From Polyangiales bacterium (GTDB lineage Bacteria > Myxococcota_A > Polyangia > Polyangiales > Houyiibacteriaceae), in the NCBI GenBank assembly GCA_045106895.1, contig JBGCFM010000029.1, positions 17,539 to 81,538 on the forward strand: a DNA stretch of 64,000 bases, in the 5' to 3' direction. The notes under the pieces were generated by a model. The model did not search any database and was not told where the DNA came from. It was given only the letters and a program-made list of their open reading frames with translations. Made by a program: the position numbers and the translations under genes. Below, piece by piece: positions 1-10,019 of the stretch. The stretch's first letter is position 1, and each line of letters opens with the position of its first letter.

Positions 1-336
1 GAGCCAAGCGCGATACGTTTTCTCGAGCGTTGCGCGTTTATGGGGAACGTTCGGGAGCTGCGCAACGTCGTCGAGGGCGCCGCAGCGCTCAGTGACCACG
101 TGGTCAGCGAGGCGACGCTGAGGCGGGCCTATCAGCAAAACGCGTCTCCGCCGCCGCCCAGCGACGACGCGCTGGCGTTGGTGCTCCGTCAATACGGCGG
201 GAATATCTCCGCGGCGGCGAGGGCGACGGGCATGGCTCGCGAAACGCTGAGGGACCGCCTTCGTCGACATCGTCGCCGAGAGGGCAGCGGCGGACTCACT
301 CCTTACGGCGACAATCGAGACAAGGTGGCCGCGTAA
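1..336 (+). CDS. Sigma-54-dependent Fis-family transcriptional activator, C-terminal part (5' truncated by window)
   Basis: GNVRELRNVVE AAA+ motif followed by Fis HTH GGNISAAARATGMARETLRDRL; frame is open from base 1. Confidence 0.85.
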   Translation, partial: EPSAIRFLERCAFMGNVRELRNVVEGAAALSDHVVSEATLRRAYQQNASPPPPSDDALALVLRQYGGNISAAARATGMARETLRDRLRRHRRREGSGGLTPYGDNRDKVAA

Positions 337-354
337 GGCGATGGCGTTTGAGTG

Positions 355-1056
355 CTACCCGCGAATCCGGCGGAGCGCTTCGGCGAGGCGCTGGACGCGG
401 AGCGCCACCAGTTCTCTCCCAACTCGAAGAGCTCGGCCTGGGTGCGCGGTCTTGGATTCGCCAGCGCGGCGTGGTCGGCATTCCATCCAGACATGACGCA
501 CTCGCAGCCCGGCGGCGAGGGCCCGGATCGGGACCTCGAAGTTGAGAAAGAAGGTGTCGGCTTTGAGTTGCGCTGGCTCGAAGAGCCGCCGGCGAATGAG
601 GTAGGGACCTTCGCTCTCGAGGCGCACGCCGTGAACCACGGTGATGAGTGTTCGGACGCCGGCGGAGAGGACTTTGCGGGCGAGACCGTCGTCGCGGTCG
701 TGGTAGCGGGAGAGGACGAGGTCCACGTCGTCGGCCGCCGCATCGAAGAGCGCACCAAGTCCAGCCGGGGGAATCTGACCATCGGCGGGCATGAACGTGA
801 GCCATTCACCGGTGGCGGCGCGAGCGCCTGTCTTGAGGCCTGCGCCCATTCCGCGGTTTGTGGCATGGCGGAGAACATGTCCGCGCGCGCCGAGGGCTTT
901 TCGGGCGACCTCTGCGCTCTCGTCGCTCGAACCGTCGTCGACGACGATGACCTCCAGGCTGGGCGCGTTCCTCTCGGACCAATCCAGAAGCTCCTTCAAG
1001 ACAGGCCCGAGGTTCTCCGCCTCGTTGTACGCGAGGACGATGACGGTGGCTTTCAT
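355..1056 (-). CDS. Glycosyltransferase family 2 (DPM1-like)
   Basis: AYNEAENL, VVDDGSSD, NRGMGAGLKTG motifs; DxD position reads PADGQ. Confidence 0.85.
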   Translation of the reverse strand: MKATVIVLAYNEAENLGPVLKELLDWSERNAPSLEVIVVDDGSSDESAEVARKALGARGHVLRHATNRGMGAGLKTGARAATGEWLTFMPADGQIPPAGLGALFDAAADDVDLVLSRYHDRDDGLARKVLSAGVRTLITVVHGVRLESEGPYLIRRRLFEPAQLKADTFFLNFEVPIRALAAGLRVRHVWMECRPRRAGESKTAHPGRALRVGRELVALRVQRLAEALRRIRG

Positions 1057-1577
1057 GAGGCCGAGCCTGGTCGCTCGCGGAGGACACGTGCCGGAACGCC
1101 GGCTGCGACAGCGTAGTCTGGAACGTTCGCAGTGACGACGGCGCCGGCGCCAATCTGCGCGCCGCGACCGATGTGCACTCCGGGTAGAATGATGCTTCCG
1201 GCGCCGATGTCCGCGTCGTCTTCGATGGTGACGCCGTCAAATCGCAGCGGCGCATGAAGGATAGGCGTCTCGCGCCCCGCTTCTTGATGGACTGAAGTCA
1301 GGATGCGGACGCCGGGGCCGATGCCGACGTTCTCGCCGATATGAACACCACCCGCGGCGTGAAAATGACATTGGGCGCCGATCCACGTTCCGGCGCCGAC
1401 GACGAGTTCGTTCTGGTGATAGCCCTCGAGGATCGTGTCGTGGCCAACGTAGACGCCACGTCGCAGGCGAACATGTTCCGGATGAAGAACCCGAACGCCG
1501 TCTTCCAAGACGACATCCTCGCCGCGTTCGGCGAGCCCGCTGTGGTCGAGGCCCGTGCCTTTGCTCCGGTACGTCAT
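1053..1577 (-). CDS. Hexapeptide-repeat (left-handed beta-helix) acyltransferase
   Basis: IGAGSIILPGVHIGRGAQIGAGAVVTANVPDYAVAAGVPARV; ATGA overlaps with neighbours. Confidence 0.9.
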   Translation of the reverse strand: MTYRSKGTGLDHSGLAERGEDVVLEDGVRVLHPEHVRLRRGVYVGHDTILEGYHQNELVVGAGTWIGAQCHFHAAGGVHIGENVGIGPGVRILTSVHQEAGRETPILHAPLRFDGVTIEDDADIGAGSIILPGVHIGRGAQIGAGAVVTANVPDYAVAAGVPARVLRERPGSAS

Positions 1578-2578
1578 TCGCCCTTGTCGCTCGACGTAGC
1601 GTCGTCTTCGCGATTCTCAGATTCGTCCTCGGCGCCTTGGACCTTGGGGAGGCCCGCGGTGAGGAGCACCAGTCCGCCGACGAGGGCGGTGGCGATTTGA
1701 ATGCCAAATACGCCGAGAGAAGCGGCCGTCGCGTCCGCTTCGCCGACGGCGAGGAGCCCGAAGAGGAACACGAAGGAAGCCTCACGGGCGCCGAGTCCAG
1801 CGATGGTCGGCAGGTACATCGACACCATCGCTACGGGCACCATCACGAGGGAATCGACCAGGGTGACCTCCGGCGCCAAAGCCGAGATGCAGACATAGCC
1901 CGTTACGGCGACGAGGGCCTGCGTCATGATGCTCAAGAGCAGGACGACGAACATCAACCCTGGGTTCACTAGCGCAGGGAGGTCGCCGGCCAAACGACCC
2001 AACGCTCCCGGAAGCCAGGGCGCGATCCGTCGGCCGATGGTGGGCGCGAGGGCCGCGCCGAGGGCCGCCGTCACGCCAAGCGGGCCGAGCCATCCAGGGA
2101 TGTCGAGGTCTGGAATCGGCGCGATGGTCATGAGCGCGCTCGCAAGCAGCATGAGGCCCGCCAAGCCAAAAACGCGCTCGATGAGCACGATGAGATAGGC
2201 GCCAGCCTTGCCGTCGAAGGCGTTCTTGGTCACGTGTCCACGGAGCACATCACCGCCAACATTCGCCGGCGCGAAGGTGTTGAAGAAGATACCCACGTAG
2301 TACAGGTGAACGAGCGTTCGAAAGGGAGGCAAACGCTCTGCGCCGTAGGCCGAGAGCAGGACGCGCCAACGAACGGAGCCCACCACGAGGTTGAGGAGGC
2401 TGACGACGAGACCCAGGCCAAGGGCCGAGAGCGGCAGGGACGCCGTGCTCTCCAGGAGTGACTCAACATCGAGATCCGCGATCCACCACCAGAGGCCTAG
2501 CGTCGCGAGGGTGAAGAGGACCCGTGGCAAAAGGACGCGGAGCGTTGATTTCTTTTCTTTGGGCTTAGCTTCGGTCAT
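1574..2578 (-). CDS. Lysylphosphatidylglycerol synthase TM-region / flippase-like membrane protein (UPF0104)
   Basis: Multiple TM helices; RW..LL, FFNTFAPANVGGDVLR, ERVFG, GLGAREAS motifs. Confidence 0.8.
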   Translation of the reverse strand: MTEAKPKEKKSTLRVLLPRVLFTLATLGLWWWIADLDVESLLESTASLPLSALGLGLVVSLLNLVVGSVRWRVLLSAYGAERLPPFRTLVHLYYVGIFFNTFAPANVGGDVLRGHVTKNAFDGKAGAYLIVLIERVFGLAGLMLLASALMTIAPIPDLDIPGWLGPLGVTAALGAALAPTIGRRIAPWLPGALGRLAGDLPALVNPGLMFVVLLLSIMTQALVAVTGYVCISALAPEVTLVDSLVMVPVAMVSMYLPTIAGLGAREASFVFLFGLLAVGEADATAASLGVFGIQIATALVGGLVLLTAGLPKVQGAEDESENREDDATSSDKGE

Positions 2579-3248
2579 TCAGCTGCTCGGCCGCCGCTAC
2601 GTAGCGCGGATGTTCACGAAGTGCCGTGTGAATCGACTCGCGCCACTCGCCGGCATCCTGGCGGATGGGCTCGTCGAAGGAGCTTAGGCACTCTTCGATG
2701 GCTCCCACCGCAGATGGCTCCACGGAGAGCCGGGGCCGTTCGCACAGAGCACGCTCAAGGCGCGTTCGGATGACCTCAATGCTCTGATACCCGCTCAGCT
2801 TGTACTCCTCGAGGCGCTTCATGAGGCCCGCGAGGCGCGGGCCGGCGTCGTTCGAAATACGCACGAAGCCGGCGTTGTCTTTCCCGTAGGTGACGGCGTC
2901 CATGTATGGGGTGGAGTCCACGAAGTGAAGGAGCCATCGGTCGAGGAGCAGTTCCGCACCGATGTGTCCAACGGCCATCGCCGTGCCGCGCCGCACGCCT
3001 GATTTCTCCAGGGCGACGGTGAGGGCGCTGCAGTAGCGAAGAAAGTGCGGCGTGCTGTGGAAGACCGCGTCGGTGGCGTGATGAACCTCGATGCCCGCGA
3101 GAAGCTGGCTCCGCGAGGGCGCGTCGTCCTCGACGGCCTGAAAGCGAGCCCCGCTCATCGAGACAAAGTCAGGGAGCATCGTCCCGAAAAGAAACGCGGG
3201 GCCGGAGTTCAGCTCCTGAGCGATGACGCTATGTCCAAAGAAGTTCAT
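2565..3248 (-). CDS. ACP phosphodiesterase-like (AcpH/DUF479) protein
   Basis: N-terminal MNFFGH...PDF, HHATDAVFH and H..ELLLD pattern resembling AcpH; ATGA overlap with miaA stop. Confidence 0.6.
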   Translation of the reverse strand: MNFFGHSVIAQELNSGPAFLFGTMLPDFVSMSGARFQAVEDDAPSRSQLLAGIEVHHATDAVFHSTPHFLRYCSALTVALEKSGVRRGTAMAVGHIGAELLLDRWLLHFVDSTPYMDAVTYGKDNAGFVRISNDAGPRLAGLMKRLEEYKLSGYQSIEVIRTRLERALCERPRLSVEPSAVGAIEECLSSFDEPIRQDAGEWRESIHTALREHPRYVAAAEQLNDRS

Positions 3249-4165
3249 CGCCACGCCTCGATCCGAGCAAATCCAGAGTCATTCACCAGTTCGCCACGGG
3301 TAGGGCGCCAGTCGACACCCGGCTCGGAGCCGAACCAGGTTCTTTGGCGGCGTCCGTAGACACGCGTCGCTTTGCGCGCCGCGGCCTGCATTTCGTCCTC
3401 GCTGAGTTCTCCGTCGATGAAGCGCACCATCTGTGCATAGCCTACGCTGCCGAAGGGTCTCGCGCTCCGTGGCCATTTGGCGAGGAGGCCCTCCGTTTCA
3501 GCCCGCCAGCCGGCGCTGAGCATCTGAGCACGGCGTGCGTCGAGGCGTTCGTCGTGGTCCGCCTCCCGGGCGATGACGGCGAAGAGGTTGTCGTAGCGGT
3601 CGCTGCCGAGGGCGTGGGCCGCACGGAGTTCCCCCAAGGGCTTCCCCGTCTGCTCAAACACCTCAAGGGCGCGGCTGACGCGAACCAAGTCTCGCGGGTG
3701 GATCTTCTCGGCGCTGAGGGGGTCACAGGTCTGAAGTCGCTGATGGAGCGCTTCACGACCGTCGCGCTCTCCTTCTTCGAGAAGTCGCGCGCGAAGCTCC
3801 GGGTCCACAGGCGGGAGGTCGACGAGGCCGCGGACGAGGGCTCGAATCCAAAGGCCCGTCCCGCCGACGAGAATCGGGAGTCGTCCCCGAGCCGTGATGT
3901 CGTCGATGACGGCATCTGCACGACCGGCGAAATCCATCGCGTCGATATTCTCGTCGGGGTCCACGATGTCGAGGAGGTGATGAGGCACGCCCTCAAGTTC
4001 TTCTTCGGTGGGTTTGGCGGATCCGATATCGAAGCCTCGGTACACCTGAACGCTATCTGCGCCAACGAGTTCACCATCGAGGCGTTTCGCGATTTGCACC
4101 GCCGCGCCGGTCTTCCCGCTTCCCGTACACCCGGCGATGATCAAGAGCTTTGGGTCGGAGGTCAC
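3245..4165 (-). CDS. miaA: tRNA dimethylallyltransferase
   Basis: GCTGSGKT, ADSVQVYRGFDIGSAKP, VGGTGLW, RRQRTWF. Confidence 0.97.
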   Translation of the reverse strand: MTSDPKLLIIAGCTGSGKTGAAVQIAKRLDGELVGADSVQVYRGFDIGSAKPTEEELEGVPHHLLDIVDPDENIDAMDFAGRADAVIDDITARGRLPILVGGTGLWIRALVRGLVDLPPVDPELRARLLEEGERDGREALHQRLQTCDPLSAEKIHPRDLVRVSRALEVFEQTGKPLGELRAAHALGSDRYDNLFAVIAREADHDERLDARRAQMLSAGWRAETEGLLAKWPRSARPFGSVGYAQMVRFIDGELSEDEMQAAARKATRVYGRRQRTWFGSEPGVDWRPTRGELVNDSGFARIEAWR

Positions 4166-5808
4166 TGGATGCCTCGAAGGGTTCGAAGGTCAACTCGGTG
4201 AATCGCTGCCTGACGGCGAATCGTCTCGTCTTCGAGGGCGACGAGGCGTTCCTCATCGCTGGCTGCGGGTGCAAAGCGCAGCATCTCCTTTTCGCCGCCG
4301 GTGAGGAACGCTCGCAGCAACACCGCGCCGTCGGCTCCGTGGAGGCATGTAGGGACGGCGTCGACGATGTACGTATTCCCGCCCAGCTCCGACCACTGAA
4401 ACCCGAGCCCCTCCAGCGTCGCTTTCGCGCTCTCAAGGCCGGCGAGCATCTTCGCGTCGAGTTCCAGCCGCGTCGGAAAGAGCAAGGAAGCGCTCTCGCC
4501 TTGGGGCAAGGCCCGCTTCGCACGAAGCGCATCAACCCGGCGCGGCACGATGACGTGGAGACACCCGGCAAACTCGATGAGCCATTCCCCGCCGGAGAGT
4601 CGTCCGACGCGTTGGGGCTTTTCGCGTGTGGGTTCGGGCTCGCTCGGAGCGCGGGACGAATCGCGCAGTGCGTCCGCCAGCGCGCTGCCAGCGTTCGCCC
4701 GAGCTGGCGAGGTGTAGTCGCCGGGCGACTGGGCGGCGCGGCTGACTCCTACGCCACCGAGCCGCTCCGCCCAAAAACTCGGCGCCCGCGGGAGCTCCGG
4801 CTGAGCAGTTTCGGATGCCTGCGGTCTTGGTGTGACACGGGCGCGGCCGACGATATTCGTCACGGCGTCGCTCAACAGTCGTGCCGAGCGAAATCGTACC
4901 TCGGTCTTCTGAGGGTGTGCGTTCACATCGACATCCTCCGGGGGAAGGTCGATGTAGATAACGCCGACGGGGTAGTGCCCGCTCGGCAGTTCGTCGCCGA
5001 AGGCGAAGGCCGCAGCGTAGGCAAGCCGTCGATCGACGACGGCGCGCCCATTGACGATGAGATGCAGCTTGCGAGCGCCCTTCGTGGCGTGCGATGGCGG
5101 CGCGACGATGGCTTCGATGCGGACCCCTTGATACTCCCCTTTCGCCGTGCGGAGGTCGAGGTCCGAGAATGCCCGTTGCACACGTTCCGTGCGCGAGCGG
5201 ACCGGCAAGAACTCGCGGAGCTTTCGCCCATCATGAATGAGGGTGAGGCGCAGTGCTGGATTCGCGAGGGCGGCGTGCAGGCACACCTTCGCGACGTGGC
5301 GCATCTCCGTTTGCCGCGCCGAGAGGAACTTCTTGCGCGCCGGCACGTTGAAGAAGAGCTCCTGTACATCGACGGTGGTGCCCGGAGCGCAGCCGATGGG
5401 CGCGATGCTCGGGGCGCCTCCGCCATCGATGCGGACCTCGGTTCCTTCGATCTCGTCGCGTTGACGGGTGAGAAGCCGAAAGTGAGAAACGGAGGCGATG
5501 CTGGCCAGTGCTTCCCCACGAAAACCAAGGGTGGCGATCGCCTCGAGGTCATCGAGGGTGGATAGCTTGCTGGTGGCGTGGCGAACCACGCACATCGACG
5601 CGTCTTCCCGGCCCATGCCTCGCCCATCGTCCTGAACGAGGACCCGCTCTCGGCCGCCGTCCTTGAGTTCGACTCGGATGGTCGTGGCGCCCGCGTCCAC
5701 GGCGTTGTCGACCAACTCTTTGACCACGGAGGCCGGCCGCTCGATCACTTCTCCAGCGGCGATCTGGTCGATCAGCGCATCGCCGAGGAGCCGAACGCGG
5801 TGCGACAT
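4162..5808 (-). CDS. mutL: DNA mismatch repair protein MutL (C-terminal endonuclease motifs degenerate)
   Basis: IAAGEVIERPASVVKEL, TLGFRGEALASI, FFNVPARKKFL, DVNAHPQKTEVRF; canonical mutL-miaA linkage. Confidence 0.95.
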   Translation of the reverse strand: MSHRVRLLGDALIDQIAAGEVIERPASVVKELVDNAVDAGATTIRVELKDGGRERVLVQDDGRGMGREDASMCVVRHATSKLSTLDDLEAIATLGFRGEALASIASVSHFRLLTRQRDEIEGTEVRIDGGGAPSIAPIGCAPGTTVDVQELFFNVPARKKFLSARQTEMRHVAKVCLHAALANPALRLTLIHDGRKLREFLPVRSRTERVQRAFSDLDLRTAKGEYQGVRIEAIVAPPSHATKGARKLHLIVNGRAVVDRRLAYAAAFAFGDELPSGHYPVGVIYIDLPPEDVDVNAHPQKTEVRFRSARLLSDAVTNIVGRARVTPRPQASETAQPELPRAPSFWAERLGGVGVSRAAQSPGDYTSPARANAGSALADALRDSSRAPSEPEPTREKPQRVGRLSGGEWLIEFAGCLHVIVPRRVDALRAKRALPQGESASLLFPTRLELDAKMLAGLESAKATLEGLGFQWSELGGNTYIVDAVPTCLHGADGAVLLRAFLTGGEKEMLRFAPAASDEERLVALEDETIRRQAAIHRVDLRTLRGIQ

Positions 5809-5948
5809 ACGTGTCGCGTATCAGAGCGCTGAAGCCGTCGCAACGCAGCAGACGCACAAGATACTGACTTTGTTGAAAAAACTCCCTTCTCATCTCACGC
5901 GATCGATTGACCCTCAAAAACTCGTTTGTTAGCTTCGAGCCTTCGCGG

Positions 5949-7562
5949 ATGAAGAAGGTCTGTCCTATTTGTAAAGCCGAGTATCTCGGTGGAGAGGTCT
6001 TTTGTCCCGTCGACGCGGCGCGACTCATCACGCCCTCGCAGATCGGCATGGAGGGACCGCTGACGGACGATGCCCTCGTCGGCTCGGAGCTCGACCGCTA
6101 TCGAGTCATTCGGCGCATCGGCGAAGGCGGGATGGGCCTAGTCTACGAAGGCCTGCACATCGCCATCGAGAAGCGTGTCGCCATCAAGGTGCTTCGTGAT
6201 GACTTCTCCTCCCGGCCGGACGTCGTGGAGCGCTTTCGACAGGAAGCGAAGAGCGCGTCTCGTATCGGCCACGAGAACATCGTGGACATCTCGGACTTTG
6301 GCAGCACGCCTGCGGGGCAGAGCTACTTCGTCATGGAGTTCCTCGAAGGCGAGGACTTGGCGGATCTCATCGCCCGCGAGGGAACGCTGAGCGTCGAGAG
6401 AATCCTCGACATCTCGGGCCAATGCGCCCGTGCGCTCTCCGCGGCGCATTCGAAGGGCATCGTCCATCGCGACATGAAGCCCGAGAACATCTTCCTGACG
6501 CAGCGACCGGACCGTCCGGACTTTCCGAAGATTGTGGACTTCGGTATCGCGAAGATGAGCGATATTGAGACTTCAGGGGCGCCGGGGCGAAAGCTCACGA
6601 AGACCGGCATGATCTTCGGCACGCCCGAGTACATGTCGCCGGAGCAGGCTGCCGGAAAGGGTCTCGACCACCGCGTCGATATCTACGGCATGGGCGTCAT
6701 CATGTACGAGCTGGTAACGGGACGCGTTCCCTTCGTCGGTGACACCTTCATGGGGGTGCTGACACAGCATTTGTTCGAGGCACCGCCTCCGCTTCGTGAG
6801 GTCAATGCCCACGTGGAGTGCAGCCGGGAGCTTGAGCTGATCATCTTCAAGTGCCTGTCGAAGAGCGCTGACGGTCGCTACGCCACCATGGACAAGCTCG
6901 CCGAGGCCCTCGACGACGCAAAGTTCGGAAAGATCAGCGAAGCGACCCTCGTAGGCTATGGCGACCCGGTTAAGGCCAAGGCTCGTCCTCCGCGGCCGGG
7001 TGTCGCGAGCGTCCCGCCTCCCGCCTCGACTGGATCGCGCGTCGGCCTCTGGGCGGGGGCCGTCGTCACCGTTCTCGCCATCGCATCTGGCATCTTCTGG
7101 CTCGGAACGCGCGGCCAGGAAGAAGAACCGGTCACCGTGGCTGCGTTGGCAGACGCCGGCGTTGCTCTCGATGCCGGGGACCCAGCGCTGGACGCTGAGG
7201 GGCCAGAGGTGGATGCCGGTGAGCCGGATGTTCCCGTCGAACCCGAAGTGGAACCGGAGCCTACCCTTGTTGCGCTCACCTTCGAGACGGAGACACCCGG
7301 CGCACGACTTGTGTTCGTCGGCCACGATGAACTTGAGTGTGAGTCCACGCCGTGCACCGTCGAAGTGCTTCCGGGTGAGGCCCTCGAGGTGCAGGCCCGC
7401 CGAGGCCAGTGGCGCGGCGAGCTCGAGGTAACGCCGGACGAGGCCTCCACGCTGGAGATTCCAATGCGTCGTCGCCGAGTTGCCCCGAGAAACGGTGGCG
7501 ACACCACCATGATTCCTGCGGGCATGGGGATGTGGGCGTTGATGGCGCCGGACTGGGACTGA
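5949..7562 (+). CDS. Membrane Ser/Thr protein kinase with N-terminal Zn ribbon and extracytoplasmic PEGA-like domain
   Basis: CPIC/CPVD, GEGGMG, VAIK, HRDMKPEN, DFG, GTPEYMSPEQ; TM segment. Confidence 0.93.
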   Translation: MKKVCPICKAEYLGGEVFCPVDAARLITPSQIGMEGPLTDDALVGSELDRYRVIRRIGEGGMGLVYEGLHIAIEKRVAIKVLRDDFSSRPDVVERFRQEAKSASRIGHENIVDISDFGSTPAGQSYFVMEFLEGEDLADLIAREGTLSVERILDISGQCARALSAAHSKGIVHRDMKPENIFLTQRPDRPDFPKIVDFGIAKMSDIETSGAPGRKLTKTGMIFGTPEYMSPEQAAGKGLDHRVDIYGMGVIMYELVTGRVPFVGDTFMGVLTQHLFEAPPPLREVNAHVECSRELELIIFKCLSKSADGRYATMDKLAEALDDAKFGKISEATLVGYGDPVKAKARPPRPGVASVPPPASTGSRVGLWAGAVVTVLAIASGIFWLGTRGQEEEPVTVAALADAGVALDAGDPALDAEGPEVDAGEPDVPVEPEVEPEPTLVALTFETETPGARLVFVGHDELECESTPCTVEVLPGEALEVQARRGQWRGELEVTPDEASTLEIPMRRRRVAPRNGGDTTMIPAGMGMWALMAPDWD

Positions 7563-7640
7563 CGTTCCGCCGCTGAGGGCCCGAGAGTGACATTGAGTCG
7601 TGGGTTTTGACGCCCGGGATCGACGCGCTACGTAGGGGGC

Positions 7641-9995
7641 ATGGATCCCGCAAACGTCCTCCCTGACAAAACTCTCCATGACCTCGAGTGGTCTCGGATT
7701 GTGGCGAGCATCGGCGCGCGCTGCGCCGGACCGCTCGGGTCCCGCATCCACGTCCCCGTCGCTTCCGACGAGGAGGCGACACGCCTCGGTCTGAAAGAGA
7801 CCGCGGAAGCCCTGGCGATTCTTGAACGCGGTGAGGTGATCCCCATTGCGGGATCCGTCGAGATCGGCGAATCGCTGACGCGCCTTGAGCGTTCCGGTGA
7901 TCTGGACGCGCCGTCCCTTCGCGACGTCGCCCTGGTTCTCGAGGCGGCGCGCAGATGCCGGCGCTTCTTGTCTGCTTCGCGGGCGAGCGCCGCAACGCTC
8001 GACGCCTCCGCCGCCTTCGATGCGAGCTTGGATGGGCTCCACGACGAGCTTCGCTCCTGCATCGACTCTGACGGAACCATCGCGGACGGGGCGAGCGCGG
8101 AGCTCCGGCGTCTCCGCGGGGAATCGTCCAACCTTCGCGGACGCATCGTGCGTCGCCTCGAACAGATGATTCATCAGAACTCGGCGATCCTGCAGGACTC
8201 GTTTCATACAGTGCGCGAAGGGCGACACGTGTTGCCCGTTCGACGAGATGCGCATGAGAAGCTCCAGGGGATCGTCCACGGCACGAGCGCCAGCGGGGCC
8301 ACGGTCTTCGTCGAGCCCCGCGCCCTCGTCGAGCAGGGCAATCGCCTTCGAATGGCTCAAGCGGAACAGGAGCGCGAAGAGGCGCGAATCTTGGCCGACC
8401 TCAGCGAGCTGGTCCGTGAGCGGCTCCCTTCCATGCACGCGGCCGTGGACTCCCTTGACCATTTGGACCTGCGGCAAGCGAGCGCCCGTCTTGGGCGAGA
8501 CCTCGGCGGCGTGTGTCTCGAGATGTCGAGCGAAGCAACGATTCGACTCGAAAGCGCCCGTCACCCCGTGCTCCTCCTCGATGGCGTGGACGTGGTGGCG
8601 AGCAGCCTTCAAGCGACGTCGTCGAAGGCGCTCATCATTTCGGGGCCAAACGCGGGCGGCAAGACCGTCGCGCTCAAGACTTTGGGGCTCGCCGCGCTGA
8701 TGACTCGCGCCGCCGTTCCTTTTCCCGCAGACGAAGGAAGCGTGTGCGGGTTCTACTCGAATATCGCCACAGACGTTGGCGATGATCAGTCGCTGACGAA
8801 GAACCTATCCACGTTCTCGGCGCACATCACCAATCTCTCCAAGATCCTTCGATGGGCCGATGGGCGCACACTCGTTCTCTTGGACGAAGTCGCAGGCGGA
8901 ACGGACCCCGAAGAAGGCGCGGCTCTCGCGTGTGCGCTCGTCGACGCTCTGTGTCGCGCCGGTGCCGCGACGGTTTTGACGACGCACTACGAGGCGCTGA
9001 AGGCCATGGCGGCCCGCGACGAGCGCCTCGACAACGCCGCCGTCGGTTTTGATGTCGAGGCGATGTTGCCGACGTTTGAGCTTGTCCACGGAGTTCCTGG
9101 TGCGTCCAGCGCTCTCGCCGTGGCGCTTCGCTTCGGCATTCCAGAGAATGTGGTTTCGTATGCCCGTCGCGTGCTCCCGGAGCAAAGCCGCGCCTTTGAC
9201 GAAGTGGTCCGCGAGCTCGACTCCCAACGACAAGAACTCGCACGGGCGCAGGCTGACGTTGAGGCCGAGCGCCGACGCGTCGCGGAAGAGCGAGCCAACG
9301 TAAAGGCCCAGCTGGAGCGCATCGCCGAGCGAGGCCAAAAGGCTGTGGATGAGGAGTCCCGCAAGCTCCGTGAAGTGCTTCGAGCGGCGAACCAAGAGAT
9401 CAAAGAGAGCCGTCGCGCCCTGCGAAAGAAGAGCGACGCAGAGAACATCGAGACGCAGCGCCGGTTGGTGCGTGCCGCGGAGGCCGTGTTGCCGGAGCCA
9501 AGGGTAAGCGGCGAGGGCGGCGGCCCCGTGAAGAACCTGACTCCGGGCCAACGCGTCTACGTTCCACGCCTTCGAACGCACGCGGATGTGCTCGAGGGAC
9601 CCACTCGGAACAAGGTGCGTGTGGCCGCGGGGCCGCTCAAGCTTTGGGTGAAGACGAGCGAACTACGGGCCTCCACGGAGCAGACGAGTTCAGGCGCCGC
9701 GCCGCGCCCAAAGCCAGAACCCGTCGAACGGCGCGTGGATCCGCAGACGAGCGACAACACGCTCAACTTGCGCGGCCTCCGCGTGGACGACGCACTGACC
9801 CTCGTCGAGACCTTCCTCGACCGAGTGTACGGAAGCGGTGGCAGCACGGCCTACCTCGCCCATGGTCTCGGCACCGGAGCGCTTCGCGACGCGATTCGCG
9901 AGCAACTCTCCCGGGACACAGTCTACGCAGCGTCGTTCCGCGGGGGCGACATGGAAGAAGGCGGCGAACGCATCACCGTCGTCACACTTCGCTGA
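7641..9995 (+). CDS. mutS2: Endonuclease MutS2 with C-terminal Smr domain
   Basis: GIVHGTSASGATVFVEP, GPNAGGKT, LSTFSAH, LLDEVAGGTDPEEG, Smr LNLRGLRVDDA...HGLGTGALR. Confidence 0.95.
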   Translation: MDPANVLPDKTLHDLEWSRIVASIGARCAGPLGSRIHVPVASDEEATRLGLKETAEALAILERGEVIPIAGSVEIGESLTRLERSGDLDAPSLRDVALVLEAARRCRRFLSASRASAATLDASAAFDASLDGLHDELRSCIDSDGTIADGASAELRRLRGESSNLRGRIVRRLEQMIHQNSAILQDSFHTVREGRHVLPVRRDAHEKLQGIVHGTSASGATVFVEPRALVEQGNRLRMAQAEQEREEARILADLSELVRERLPSMHAAVDSLDHLDLRQASARLGRDLGGVCLEMSSEATIRLESARHPVLLLDGVDVVASSLQATSSKALIISGPNAGGKTVALKTLGLAALMTRAAVPFPADEGSVCGFYSNIATDVGDDQSLTKNLSTFSAHITNLSKILRWADGRTLVLLDEVAGGTDPEEGAALACALVDALCRAGAATVLTTHYEALKAMAARDERLDNAAVGFDVEAMLPTFELVHGVPGASSALAVALRFGIPENVVSYARRVLPEQSRAFDEVVRELDSQRQELARAQADVEAERRRVAEERANVKAQLERIAERGQKAVDEESRKLREVLRAANQEIKESRRALRKKSDAENIETQRRLVRAAEAVLPEPRVSGEGGGPVKNLTPGQRVYVPRLRTHADVLEGPTRNKVRVAAGPLKLWVKTSELRASTEQTSSGAAPRPKPEPVERRVDPQTSDNTLNLRGLRVDDALTLVETFLDRVYGSGGSTAYLAHGLGTGALRDAIREQLSRDTVYAASFRGGDMEEGGERITVVTLR

Positions 9996-10019
9996 GCTCC
10001 GGAACGACGCGACAGCAGC

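Noticed and set aside
4150..5565. Long antisense or alternative-frame ORFs (also 6573-8612, 14324-15934, 50271-52151 and many others)
   Set aside because: Shadow ORFs of real genes, expected at high GC; no motifs
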